A model generated the notes under the pieces. That model had not been told where the DNA came from and searched no databases. It saw nothing but the letters and a program-made list of their open reading frames with translations. The position numbers and the translations under genes were made by a program. A stretch of 64,000 nucleotides of DNA from Balanoglossus misakiensis (lineage: Eukaryota; Animalia; Hemichordata), in the NCBI GenBank assembly GCA_040954595.2, contig CM082579.2, positions 9,475,625-9,539,624 of the forward strand. The letters run 5' to 3'. Shown here piece by piece: positions 35,746 through 48,229 of this stretch. The stretch's first letter is position 1; the number at the start of each line of letters is the position of its first letter.

Positions 35746-38700
35746 GAATGTTGTCAAGTGTGAATTAAAGCGGGCATTCTAAAGCATAGCTTATAAGACG
35801 CACTATTTCATCTGTCAACATTGGTCTCTGGCTCTGAAATCTCATGCCCGTCATCTGACTTCTTCATATTTTATCAGGGACCAACTAATATCAACCAATG
35901 GCGGCATTAGTAGACTAGTGACCTCCCTATAGAATTACAGCGTTTTTTGAGAATTTTTGGTTGTAACAGTGGCTTATTTTGTTTATTAGAACTTTCATTG
36001 TATGAAATCAATTCTGAATAAATTGAGGGTCATAATTTATTTCCGATGATGTTTTTTTTCTCTCGACGAGAACCAAACAACTTGCATTGTCACTATTTTA
36101 TGGACATAAAATAGGAGATGATGAAGATGTAGACTGCAAGTGACGTTGACTGTAAGAATTGCTTCTATTAATTATTTACTATAAAACGTGCCAGTACTAG
36201 AAATTCACAGCAACCTATGAGACACGCCCCTCTACACACATAAGTTATTTCCATGATTATAAATGTGTATTCTAGTCTGGTCCCCTGCCCCATTCCCACC
36301 GCTGGCTGCGCTACGCTAAAGGGAAAGGCGTCAGGTACGGCCCGACCAATGGTCGAAAACCTGGCCCGCATGCATATGATAATAAAACAAAGACCACGTG
36401 ATCATAAACAAGATGGATGCCTTCAATGTCCGTTGATTTTCCTCGCAGTTGAAATTTTCATGTAACGGCATTATTTACGACCTGGGGGTGTCGCAGAAAT
36501 CAGAGGGGTGGAGGTCACACAAAATGGAAATCTGGATGGGGGGATTTGGATGGGGGTTTCTCAAAATGTGCAGGCGCAGAAGGGAGGGGGCTAATTTTTT
36601 TTTAATCTCTCACAGCATTGCAACTGTGAAATGTGCATGTCTTACTAGCCCGGAGACCAGGCGTCGATCTCCGGGCTAATGTCTTACTGACAACTGCAAA
36701 ATGCGAGTTCTCCGTCCGTAAGAAATGAAGCATATTTAGTTTACCAGTATTTTTTCTGTCACTTTGTGTCACCCAAACATTATTAATGTGTTTTATCCGG
36801 AATGATTTGGTCATTTTAGTAACAATCTTTAGTCTTTCGTAGATTTTAGTTTGTTGCAGCAAATGCAAGAAGCCATTACATTGTAAATGTATTTGTATTT
36901 CGAAGACGCGTCTATAAAGCCACTTTCGACATTAAAGGGACATAGTCTCTCTCTCGCTGCCCTTTTTCCATTAATTATGTTTGATACAAGACAGTGTTTA
37001 TGTTAATGTACATGTGGATATATAGTGAATGAACGTTCAACCACACACAACTTCCATCCCACGTGTATGATATCAGAGTAAAAACTCGCCCAAAATGAAT
37101 AAATGGTAGAGAACGATTATTCATTTTGGCAAGTTTTTCACTCTCGTGTCTACAAGAGGGATGGAAGTTGTGTGTGGTGGATCGCTGATTCACTATATAT
37201 CCACATGTACATAAACATAAACGGTGTATTGTATCAAACATAATTTATGGGAAAGGGTAGATTCCATCGCCCTTTATGTCGATCTAGAGCAAATGTCTCT
37301 CTTTTGTTTAAATTTACAATAGAAAAAAATGTCTCCACATTATCGCCGTCATTAAAATGTTAATACAAATCTTATGACGTTTTTTTTTGTTCAACTAAAA
37401 ACATGTTTGGACAGGTTGGTGCCTTATGTCTGACAAAAAAATATTGGACACACCCTTGGTGGCTGTAGACAGTGTTGTCGCTGCGTTTTCTGGTCGAGTA
37501 TCTTCAACGTTGATATTGTATTTATTACAACGACGAGGAGGTAAGTTCACAATTCACATAATTTCGATTTGTACTTAGCGAACCTTATGATGCATGTAAA
37601 GTGTTTAGGCAAGTAAATTTCAATGTGTTGAACATATTTCATGTGTGAACTCCATATGAATCCGTCATTGGCATTCTTCAAGGCATTATGATGCAGCGTA
37701 TTCAGCATATTATAGTCAAACTCCAAGCATGTCACGTTGGTGATACATATCGGATACGTATATTACTACAATGTAGTATGACGTGAGTGTCACAAAAACA
37801 TACCAGGCGAAGTAGGCATTCTCAGCGCCGCCACACCAACGTTTGACCAGTGTATTGTTTTTATACTAAGTGGCGTAGATTCGGACCTTTAGTGCAGATT
37901 ATACGTTCACAACTCTATCAACTTAAGCTGCCCTGAAATTTAGAATAAAACAGCCTCCAAAGACCATTGCCACGTCTCCCAGCCGTTGCCCCAAGTCCAA
38001 ATCCCCCAAAATATCCAATGCAAAAATGTAATTTTCAAGTCAATCGAATACTTTGATATCATTTCACATTTTAATGATTATCGACAGTTCATCGAGAATA
38101 AAGCCAACACAGTACTTTTATGTAACCATTTATTTCACTTTACAAAATGAACACCAATTAACCAGGCTGTTTTTAAATAACACAAAAAACTAAAACGTGC
38201 ACAGTGCACAGACGCAAGTCTACCAAAATACTGCTTATATTGCACATTTTGATGATTACCGACAGTTTATCAAGAATAAATACAAAAACAGTTGTGTTTA
38301 GTCAACGCTTTATTTAGGATTTTTTCTTGTTTTGTGCAACATGTTTACTACATGCATTGACGCACATATATTTCGCGGTTTTACCTTTATATTTCCGCCA
38401 CGTGTAAACTCAAACTTGTCCTTTTCAGGAAAGGAGACTTTTCACTGACATCTCCATTCTAGAATGTACGCCCTTGATTTCACAGGCCATTTAAAAGAAA
38501 ACTTGAGTTCTAAAAAATTACGGATTTTGCACACATAACAATCTATATAAATCTTTTCATGTTACTCTAAATATGTTGACAATATTTTGGTTTTGGTTTT
38601 TGGTCTCCCTTTCATTCAATGCACTACATCAGCTGTGGAATAGTATCCAGCACTGGAACTTCCAACCAATCATCAAACATCAACACTTCAAAAGAAGCTG

Positions 38701-38815
38701 AGGCTGAGACGCTGCACGTGATCCGAAACTGGGTTCCCTAACAGGCAAAGCATAGGCTTTCGACTTGGTCCGATCTTCGTTGCGTCCGTGATTCGATCAA
38801 AACCAATCTTCAAGA

Positions 38816-39871
38816 ATGGAAGACTTACCTTTGCGTCCATCCACGGAGGTCAGTCGTCAAAATAATGACCAAGACTATGAGAAGAAATCGTCAACGGCAA
38901 TGGCAGCATGGAAAGGTTTCATTCTGTACATGTCACGCATGATTGGCCCAATACTTGCTTTGGCTGGTGGCATGTCAAAGGCCTTATTTGCAGTGTTTGC
39001 AATGCTGCTACAAAACGAGGGATTTACACAATATCAGCTCAACGTTATCAGCCCAATTGTGAGCCTAGTATTCTGTGTGCCGTACATACTCAGCTGTGAA
39101 AAGACAGACATGAACCTCCATTCCTGGAAGGATCGTCTTTGGATAATTACTGCTTCGGTTTCCGGAGTCGTGTCCCGAATACCGCAATTGTACGCAATGC
39201 AGTTCAGCACGATGGGAAGTGTGGACGCTATCATCCGTGGATTTTCGACCATCCTATCGGCCGTTGTTGCATGTATTGGCCTGAAGGAAACCTGTACTAA
39301 AGGAGGAATAGCGTCACAGTTTCTTTCTGTCAGTGGACTTCTTATCATCATACTGCCTGAGGCACTGCAGCCCGTATCCGAAGGAAACCCCGTTGCCATG
39401 GCCGTCGTGGGTTCCATCTTAGCACTACTTGCAGGCATTTTTGTTACATTGGATATCATCGGCACTCGTGCAGTAAGCGGCCGACAAACTGTCACATTCT
39501 ATATATTCACACATCAGCTTTGTGGAGTTATTTTGAATCTGCCAATGGTGTTTGCGCTGGGCGAACCGAGATGGTCTGTCACGATTCCCATTTTGGGATA
39601 TTTTGTTGCTTACTGCTTTTTTGATGCATTCCATCTCATTCTTATGGTGGCAAGTTTGAAGTTTACTAGAGTTGCACTATACGCTGTCCTAACGAATATA
39701 TCCATCGTGGTACAATTTATTGCTGATGCTACGGTATTGCAACGAAGCATCACTCCCTTTGAGATAGTTGGTGCTACCCTCATCATTTCATCTTCCGTGA
39801 TAGTTTTTCTTGCAACCGACGGGGAGGACAGGAGAGACGACGAAAAATCGAAACTGCTAGACGATCGTTAA
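38816..39871 (+). CDS. EamA/DMT (SLC35G-like) transporter, copy 5 (type B, MEDL N-terminus)
   Basis: 351-aa intact paralogue; protein identical to copy 11. Confidence 0.85.
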   Translation: MEDLPLRPSTEVSRQNNDQDYEKKSSTAMAAWKGFILYMSRMIGPILALAGGMSKALFAVFAMLLQNEGFTQYQLNVISPIVSLVFCVPYILSCEKTDMNLHSWKDRLWIITASVSGVVSRIPQLYAMQFSTMGSVDAIIRGFSTILSAVVACIGLKETCTKGGIASQFLSVSGLLIIILPEALQPVSEGNPVAMAVVGSILALLAGIFVTLDIIGTRAVSGRQTVTFYIFTHQLCGVILNLPMVFALGEPRWSVTIPILGYFVAYCFFDAFHLILMVASLKFTRVALYAVLTNISIVVQFIADATVLQRSITPFEIVGATLIISSSVIVFLATDGEDRRDDEKSKLLDDR

Positions 39872-41597
39872 GACTGTAGTCAAGTATGACTTCCGGGTTG
39901 AACGGTATTGCCAACAGACGACAGGCACCAAGACACGAGGATGCTATCTGTTCACTCTCGTGTAGCGCCACCAACCGTGGACTTCGAAGCCAGACTGTAT
40001 AAGGACAACATGGGCCATGAAAAGACATTCTCTGATGAAGGGCAATTTTTGCAGTCTCTCGCTGCTGGCTCGTCACCTAGTGCTGAGGCATGCGCATGAT
40101 AAACGGCGTTGACTTCTATTGAGTGAATGAATACGTTTATTCAGTATTAAATGTGGCCACTTACCCTTCAAATAGAAAATGAATTATAGTAACGCGTCTC
40201 GCCATCAAGGCATTCTCTAATATCTACATTTGTAACAGCATTTTTTCTCTCTCTTGAAATGCAATAAAAAGGCTTTTACTCAACTGGTGAAATAAATGTT
40301 CCTCTTTTTGTTGACATGAATTTGTAAAACTTATATTCTACAGGGGAATTGAAGAAAAAACTTGGAATAAAATTTAACCCGCAATTCTGTATAAGCTGAG
40401 CAAATAACACACATGTGGTATTCATCTTCAATTTTCATCTTCAATTTGTCCACTAGCTTTTACACATACATGGACAAGTTTGTTTTACCTATAGGGCCCA
40501 ACAATGAATATTGACTTCCATTCTTTAATCAAACATTCTTTAAGAATGACTGTCTGGGGGCGCTATTGATGTCAAATTTGGTCACTGAAATATCGAAACT
40601 TGTTAAACATAATGAACTTCCCTAACCGTTCTCCAGGAACCAACTTAACTCCACTATACAGTAGTGACCAACCTATAGAACGTCTCGCAATTATTCAAAT
40701 GTTGTGAACAATATAAAATGGATTGTATTACAACGCGGCCATAACTTTTGCATTGGCATTTTCACTGTATACAATTTAATGCTGAATAAATCAACAATCG
40801 TAAATTATTTCCGATAAATTCCGTTTATCAGTCAACAACAAAAAATTGTGAAAAATATTGCTGGACACAAAATAGCCGATGATGAAGGTGTACACTTAAA
40901 GTCACGAGAAACGTTTGCCCTTTGGAGGGCCGCCCTTGTTGATCGACGTATACAGGTATCATGGACCGGACGTTCCATTTGTCACGTAACTATAGTCTAA
41001 ACATTAAATCTTTGTCGATCGAGAGCCGTATAATGATGTGTTTTACATATACAAAGTCTCTCTTGCATAAGCTTACAATAGAAATATGTTTCAGCATTAT
41101 CGTCGTTATGATGCTGATACCAATCTCCGACATTTTTGTTCTTTGTTCAACTATTACATGTTTGGACAGGATGGTGCCTTATGTCTGACAAATAAAAATT
41201 GGACACACCCTTGGTGGCTGTAGGCAGTGTTGTGGCTGCGTTTTCTCGTCGAGTATCTTCAACGTTGATATTGTATTTATTACAACGACGAGGAGGTAAG
41301 TTCATAATTCACATAATTTCGGTAGGTATACTTAGCAAACCTTATGATGCATTTAAAATATTCAGGCAAGTAAATTTAAATGTTAAATATACATTATATG
41401 TGTGGACTCCATAGGAATGTTTTGCCATGAATATAGGTGGGTGGGTCAAAAGTCTTAATTTTGGCAACTCACAGTTTCTTTTAAAGACAACGGACAATTA
41501 TCTAACTGCACTTGATCCTAAATTTGGTTACCTAACAGGAAAGGCATTGGTCCGATATTCGTTGCGTCCGTGATTTGATCAAAGCCAATCTTCAAGA

Positions 41598-42647
41598 ATG
41601 GAAACAATACCTTTGAGTCCTTCCTCGGAGGTCGGTCGTCAAAATAATGACCCAGACTGTGAGAAGAAATCGTCAACGGCAATGGCAGCATGGAAAGGTT
41701 TCATTCTGTACACGGCACGCATGATTGGCCCAATACTTGCTTTAGCTGGGGGAGTGTCAAGGGGCTTATTTCAAATGTTTGTAATGCTGTTACAAAACGA
41801 GGGATTTACACAATATCAGCTCAACTTCATCAGCCCAATGTTCAGCCTAGTATTCTGTGTGCCGTACATACTCAGCTGTGAAAAGACAGACGTGTGCCTC
41901 GGTTCCTGGAAGGATCGACTTTTGTTACTTATTGGTTCGCTCTGCGGAATGGGATCCCGCATACCCTTTTACTACGCCATGCAGCTTACCACGATGGGAA
42001 GTGTTGGCGCCATTATCTGTGGAGAATCGACCATCCTATCGGCCGTTGTTGCATGTATTGGCCTGAAGGAAACCTGTACTAAAGGAGGAATAGCGTCACA
42101 GTTTCTTTCTGTCAGTGGACTTCTTATCATCATACTGCCTGAAGCATTGCGACCAGTGTCCGAAGGAATACCAGTTGCAATTGAAGGTTACATCTTAGCT
42201 TTAGTTACAGGCGCTTTAATTACACTGGAAATCATCGCCTTACGTGCCTTGAGTGGTCGATTACCTATCGTAGCCTATATATTCACTCATAAGCTTTGTG
42301 GGGTTATTTTGAACCTGTCATTGGTGTTTGCGCTGGGCGAACCGAGATGGTCAGTCACCATTCCCATTTTAGGATATTTTGTTGGGTTCTGCTTTCTTGA
42401 TCCGCTCTACAGCATTCTTATGATGGCTAGTTTGAAGTTTACCAGAGTTGCACTATTCGCTGTCTTAGTGAATATGGCCATCGTGGTATCATTTATTGCT
42501 GATGCTACGGTATTTCAACGAAGCATCACTCCCTTTGAGATAGTTGGTGCTACCCTCATCATTTCATCTTCCGTGATAGTTTTTCTTGTAACCGACGGGG
42601 AGGACAGGAGAGTCGACGAAAATTCGAAACTGATAGACGATCGTTAA
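41598..42647 (+). CDS. EamA/DMT (SLC35G-like) transporter, copy 6 (type A variant, mosaic)
   Basis: 349-aa intact paralogue. Confidence 0.85.
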   Translation: METIPLSPSSEVGRQNNDPDCEKKSSTAMAAWKGFILYTARMIGPILALAGGVSRGLFQMFVMLLQNEGFTQYQLNFISPMFSLVFCVPYILSCEKTDVCLGSWKDRLLLLIGSLCGMGSRIPFYYAMQLTTMGSVGAIICGESTILSAVVACIGLKETCTKGGIASQFLSVSGLLIIILPEALRPVSEGIPVAIEGYILALVTGALITLEIIALRALSGRLPIVAYIFTHKLCGVILNLSLVFALGEPRWSVTIPILGYFVGFCFLDPLYSILMMASLKFTRVALFAVLVNMAIVVSFIADATVFQRSITPFEIVGATLIISSSVIVFLVTDGEDRRVDENSKLIDDR

Positions 42648-44366
42648 GACTGTATAGTCAAGTATGACTTTCGGGTTGAACGGTATTGCCAACAGACGAC
42701 AGGCACCAAGACACGAGGATGCTATCTGTTCACTCTCGTGTAGCGCCACCAACCGTGGACTTTGAAGCCAGACTGTATAAGGACAACATGGGCCATGAAG
42801 AGACATTATCTGATGAAGGGCAATTTTTGCGGGCTGGCCCTTCATCTAGTGATGTGGCATGCGCATTATAAACGGGATTGACTTCTATTGAGTGAATGAA
42901 TACGTTTATTCAGTATTGTATGTGGCCACTTACCCTTCAAATAGTAACGGGTCTCGCCATCAAGGCATTCTCTAATATCTACATTTGTAACATCATTTTT
43001 TCTCTCTCTTGAAATGCAATAAAAAGGTTTTTACTCAACTGGTGATATAAATGTTCGTTTTTTTAATTGTTGACATGAATTTGTAAAACTTATATTCTAC
43101 AGGGGAATTGAAGAAAAACTTGGAATAAAATTTAACCCGCAATTCTGTATAAGCTAAGCAAATAACACACATGTGGTATTCATCTTCAATTTTCATCTTC
43201 AATTTGTCCACTAGCTTTTACACATACATGGACAAGTTTGTTTTACCTATAGGGCCCAACAATGAATATTGACTTCCATTCTTTAATCAAACATTCTTTA
43301 AGAATGACTTTCTGGGGTCGCTATTGATGTCAAATTTGTTCACTGAAATATCGAAACTTGTTAAACATAATGAACTTCCCTAACCGTTCTCCAGGAACCA
43401 ACTTAACTCCACTATACAGTAGTGACCAACATATAGAACGTCTCGCAATTATTCCAATTTTGTGAACAATATAAAATGGATTGTATTACAACGCGGCCAT
43501 AACTTTTGCATTGGCATTTTCACTGTATAAAATTTAATTCTGAATAAATCAACAATCGTAAATAATTTCCGATAAATTCCGTTTATCAGTCAACAAAAAC
43601 AAAATTGTGACAAATATTGCTGGACACAAAATAGCCGATGATGAAGGTGTACACTTAAAGTCACGAGAAACGTTTGCCCTTTGGAGGGCCGCCCTTGTTG
43701 ATCGACGTATACAGGTATCATGGACGTTCCATTTGACATGTAACTATAGTCTAAACATTAAATCTTTGTCGATCGAGAGCCGTATAATGATGTGTTTTAC
43801 ATATACAAAGTCTCTCTTGCATAAGCTTACAATAGAAATATGTTTCAGCATTATCGTCGTTATGATGCTGATACCAATCTCCGACATTTTTGTTCTTTGT
43901 TCAACTATTACATGTTTGGACAGGATGGTGCCTTATGTCTGACAAATAAAAATTGGACAAACCCTTGGTGGCTGTAGGCAGTGTTGTCGCTGCGTTTTCT
44001 CGGCGAGTATCTTCAACGTTGATATTGTATTTATTACAGCGACGAGGAGGTAAGTTCATAATTCACATAATTTCGGTAGGTACATAGCAAATCTTATGAT
44101 GCATGTAAAATATTCAGGCAAGTAAATTTAAATGTTCAATATATATTATATGTGTAGACTCCAGAGGAATATGTTTAGCCATAAATATAGGTGGGTGGGT
44201 CAAAAGTCTTAATTTTGGCAACTCACAGTTTCTTTTACAGACAACGGACAATTATCTAACTGCACTTGATCCGAAACTGGGTTCTCTAGAAGAGGAAAGC
44301 CGTATAAGCCTTCGACTTGGTCCGATCTTCGTTGCATCCGTGATTTGATCAAAACCAATTTCAAGA

Positions 44367-45422
44367 ATGGAAAAAATACATTTGTTTCATTCCACGGAGG
44401 TCAGTCGTCAAAATAATGACCCAGACTGTAAGAAGAAATCGTCAACGGCAAAGGCAGCATGGAAAGGTTTCATTCTGTACATGTCACGCATGATTGGCCC
44501 AATACTTGCTTTAGCTGGTGGCATGTCAAAGGCCTTATTTGCAGTGTTTGCAATGCTGCTACAAAACGAGGGATTTACACAATATCAGCTCAACGTTATC
44601 AGCCCAATTGTGAGCCTAGTATTCTGTGTGCCGTACATACTCAGCTGTGAAAAGACAGACATGAACCTTCATTCCTGGAAGGATCGTCTTTGGATAATTA
44701 CTGCTTCAGTTGCCGCAGCCGTGTCCCGAATACCGCAATTGTACGCAATGCAGTTCAGCACGATGGGAAGTGTGGACGCCATCATGCGTGGATTTTCGAC
44801 CATCCTATCGGCCGTCGTTGCATGTATTGGCCTGAAGGAAACCTGTACTAAAGGAGGAATAGCATCACAGTTTCTTTCTGTCAGTGGACTTCTTATCATC
44901 ATACTGCCTGAGGCACTGCAGCCCGTATCCGAAGGAAACCCCGTTGCCATGGCGGTCGTGGGTTCCATCTTAGCACTACTTGCAGGCACTTTTGTTACAT
45001 TGGATATCATCGGCACTCGTGCAGTAAGCGGCCGACAAACTGTCACATTCTATATATTCACACATCAGCTTTGTGGAGTTATTTTGAATCTGCCAATGGT
45101 GTTTGCGCTGGGCGAACCGAGATGGTCTGTCACGATTCCCATTTTAGGATATTTTGTTGCTTACTGCTTTTTTGATGCATTCCATCTCATTCTTACGGTG
45201 GCAAGTTTGAAGTTTACTAGCGTTGCACTATACGCTGTCCTAACGAATATATCCATCGTGGTACAATTCATTGCTGATGCTACGGTATTTCAACGAAGCA
45301 TCACTCCCTTTGAGATAGTTGGTGCTACCCTCATCATTTCATCTTCCGTGATAGTTTTTCTTGCAACCGACGGGGAGGACAGGAGAGACGACGAAAAATC
45401 GAAACTGATAGACGATCGTTAA
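44367..45422 (+). CDS. EamA/DMT (SLC35G-like) transporter, copy 7 (type B)
   Basis: 351-aa intact paralogue; protein identical to copy 8. Confidence 0.85.
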   Translation: MEKIHLFHSTEVSRQNNDPDCKKKSSTAKAAWKGFILYMSRMIGPILALAGGMSKALFAVFAMLLQNEGFTQYQLNVISPIVSLVFCVPYILSCEKTDMNLHSWKDRLWIITASVAAAVSRIPQLYAMQFSTMGSVDAIMRGFSTILSAVVACIGLKETCTKGGIASQFLSVSGLLIIILPEALQPVSEGNPVAMAVVGSILALLAGTFVTLDIIGTRAVSGRQTVTFYIFTHQLCGVILNLPMVFALGEPRWSVTIPILGYFVAYCFFDAFHLILTVASLKFTSVALYAVLTNISIVVQFIADATVFQRSITPFEIVGATLIISSSVIVFLATDGEDRRDDEKSKLIDDR

Positions 45423-47173
45423 GACTGTATAGTCAAGTATGACTTTCGGGTTGAACGGTATTGCCAACAGACGACAGGCACCAAGACACGAGGATGCTAT
45501 CTGTTCACTCTCGTGTAGCGCCACCAACCGTGGACTTCGATTCGAAGCCAGACTGTATAAGGACAACATGGGCCATGGAGAGACATTCTCTGATGAAGGG
45601 CAATTTTTGTAGTTTCTCGCTGCTGGCTCTTCACCTAGTGCTGAGGCATGCGCATGACAAACGGCGTTGACTTCTATTGAGTGAATGAATACGTTTATTC
45701 AGTATTAAATGTGGCCACTTACCCTTCAAATAGAAAATGAATTATAGTAACGCGTCTCGCCATCAAGGCATTCTCTAATATCTACATTTGTAACAGCATT
45801 TTTTCTCTCTCTTGAAATGCAATAAAAAGGCTTTTACTCAACTGGTGAAATAAATGTTCCTTTTTTTGTTGACATGAATTTGTAAAACTTATATTCTACA
45901 GGGGAATTGAAGAAAAAACTTGGAATAAAATTTAACCCGCAATTCTGTATAAGCTGAGCAAATAACACACATGTGGTATTCATCTTCAATTTTCATCTTC
46001 AATTTGTCCACTAGCTTTTACACATACATGGACAAGTTTGTTTTACCTATAGGGCCCAACAATGAATATTGACTTCCATTCTTTAATCAAACATTCTTTA
46101 AGAATGACTGTCTGGGGGCGCTATTGATGTCAAATTTGGTCACTGAAATATCGAAACTTGTTAAACATAATGAACTTCCCTAACCGTTCTCCAGGAACCA
46201 ACTTAACTCCACTATACAGTAGTGACCAACCTATAGAACGTCTCGCAATTATTCAAATGTTGTGAACAATATAAAATGGATTGTATTACAACGCGGCCAT
46301 AACTTTTGCATTGGCATTTTCACTGTATACAATTTAATGCTGAATAAATCAACAATCGTAAATTATTTCCGATAAATTCCGTTTATCAGTCAACAACAAA
46401 AAATTGTGAAAAATATTGCTGGACACAAAATAGCCGATGATGAAGGTGTACACTTAAAGTCACGAGAAACGTTTGCCCTTTGGAGGGCCGCCCTTGTTGA
46501 TCGACGTATACAGGTATCATGGACCGGACGTTCGATTTTTCGTCATGTAACTACAGTCTAGTCATTAATCTTTGTCGATCGGGAGCCGTATAATGATGTG
46601 TTTTACATATACAAAGTCTCTCTTGCATAAGCTTACAATAGAAATATGTTTCAGCATTATCGTCATTATGATGCTGATACCAATCTCCGACATTTTTGTT
46701 CTTTGTTCAACTATTACATGTTTGGGCAAGGTGGTGTCTTATGTCTGACAAAAAAATAATTGGACACACCCTTGGTGGCTGTAGTCAGTGTTGTGGCTGC
46801 GTTTTCTCGTCGAGTATCTTCAACGTTGATATTGTATTTATTACAACGACGAGGAGGTAAGTTCATAATTCACATAATTTCGGTAGGTATACTTTGCAAA
46901 CCTTATGATGCATTTAAAATATTCAGGCAAGTAAATTTAAATGTTAAATATACATTATATGTGTGGACTCCATAGGAATGTTTTGCCATGAATATAGGTG
47001 GGTGGGTCAAAAGTCTTAATTTTGGCAACTCACAGTTTCTTTTACAGACAACGGACAATTATCTAACTGCACTTGATCCTAAACTTGGTTCTCTAGAAGA
47101 GGAAAGCCGTATAAGCCTTCGACTTGGTCCGATCTTCGTTGCATCCGTGATTTGATCAAAACCAATTTCAAGA

Positions 47174-48229
47174 ATGGAAAAAATACATTTGTTTCATTCC
47201 ACGGAGGTCAGTCGTCAAAATAATGACCCAGACTGTAAGAAGAAATCGTCAACGGCAAAGGCAGCATGGAAAGGTTTCATTCTGTACATGTCACGCATGA
47301 TTGGCCCAATACTTGCTTTAGCTGGTGGCATGTCAAAGGCCTTATTTGCAGTGTTTGCAATGCTGCTACAAAACGAGGGATTTACACAATATCAGCTCAA
47401 CGTTATCAGCCCAATTGTGAGCCTAGTATTCTGTGTGCCGTACATACTCAGCTGTGAAAAGACAGACATGAACCTTCATTCCTGGAAGGATCGTCTTTGG
47501 ATAATTACTGCTTCAGTTGCCGCAGCCGTGTCCCGAATACCGCAATTGTACGCAATGCAGTTCAGCACGATGGGAAGTGTGGACGCCATCATGCGTGGAT
47601 TTTCGACCATCCTATCGGCCGTCGTTGCATGTATTGGCCTGAAGGAAACCTGTACTAAAGGAGGAATAGCATCACAGTTTCTTTCTGTCAGTGGACTTCT
47701 TATCATCATACTGCCTGAGGCACTGCAGCCCGTATCCGAAGGAAACCCCGTTGCCATGGCGGTCGTGGGTTCCATCTTAGCACTACTTGCAGGCACTTTT
47801 GTTACATTGGATATCATCGGCACTCGTGCAGTAAGCGGCCGACAAACTGTCACATTCTATATATTCACACATCAGCTTTGTGGAGTTATTTTGAATCTGC
47901 CAATGGTGTTTGCGCTGGGCGAACCGAGATGGTCTGTCACGATTCCCATTTTAGGATATTTTGTTGCTTACTGCTTTTTTGATGCATTCCATCTCATTCT
48001 TACGGTGGCAAGTTTGAAGTTTACTAGCGTTGCACTATACGCTGTCCTAACGAATATATCCATCGTGGTACAATTCATTGCTGATGCTACGGTATTTCAA
48101 CGAAGCATCACTCCCTTTGAGATAGTTGGTGCTACCCTCATCATTTCATCTTCCGTGATAGTTTTTCTTGCAACCGACGGGGAGGACAGGAGAGACGACG
48201 AAAAATCGAAACTGATAGACGATCGTTAA
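47174..48229 (+). CDS. EamA/DMT (SLC35G-like) transporter, copy 8 (type B)
   Basis: 351-aa intact paralogue. Confidence 0.83.
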   Translation: MEKIHLFHSTEVSRQNNDPDCKKKSSTAKAAWKGFILYMSRMIGPILALAGGMSKALFAVFAMLLQNEGFTQYQLNVISPIVSLVFCVPYILSCEKTDMNLHSWKDRLWIITASVAAAVSRIPQLYAMQFSTMGSVDAIMRGFSTILSAVVACIGLKETCTKGGIASQFLSVSGLLIIILPEALQPVSEGNPVAMAVVGSILALLAGTFVTLDIIGTRAVSGRQTVTFYIFTHQLCGVILNLPMVFALGEPRWSVTIPILGYFVAYCFFDAFHLILTVASLKFTSVALYAVLTNISIVVQFIADATVFQRSITPFEIVGATLIISSSVIVFLATDGEDRRDDEKSKLIDDR

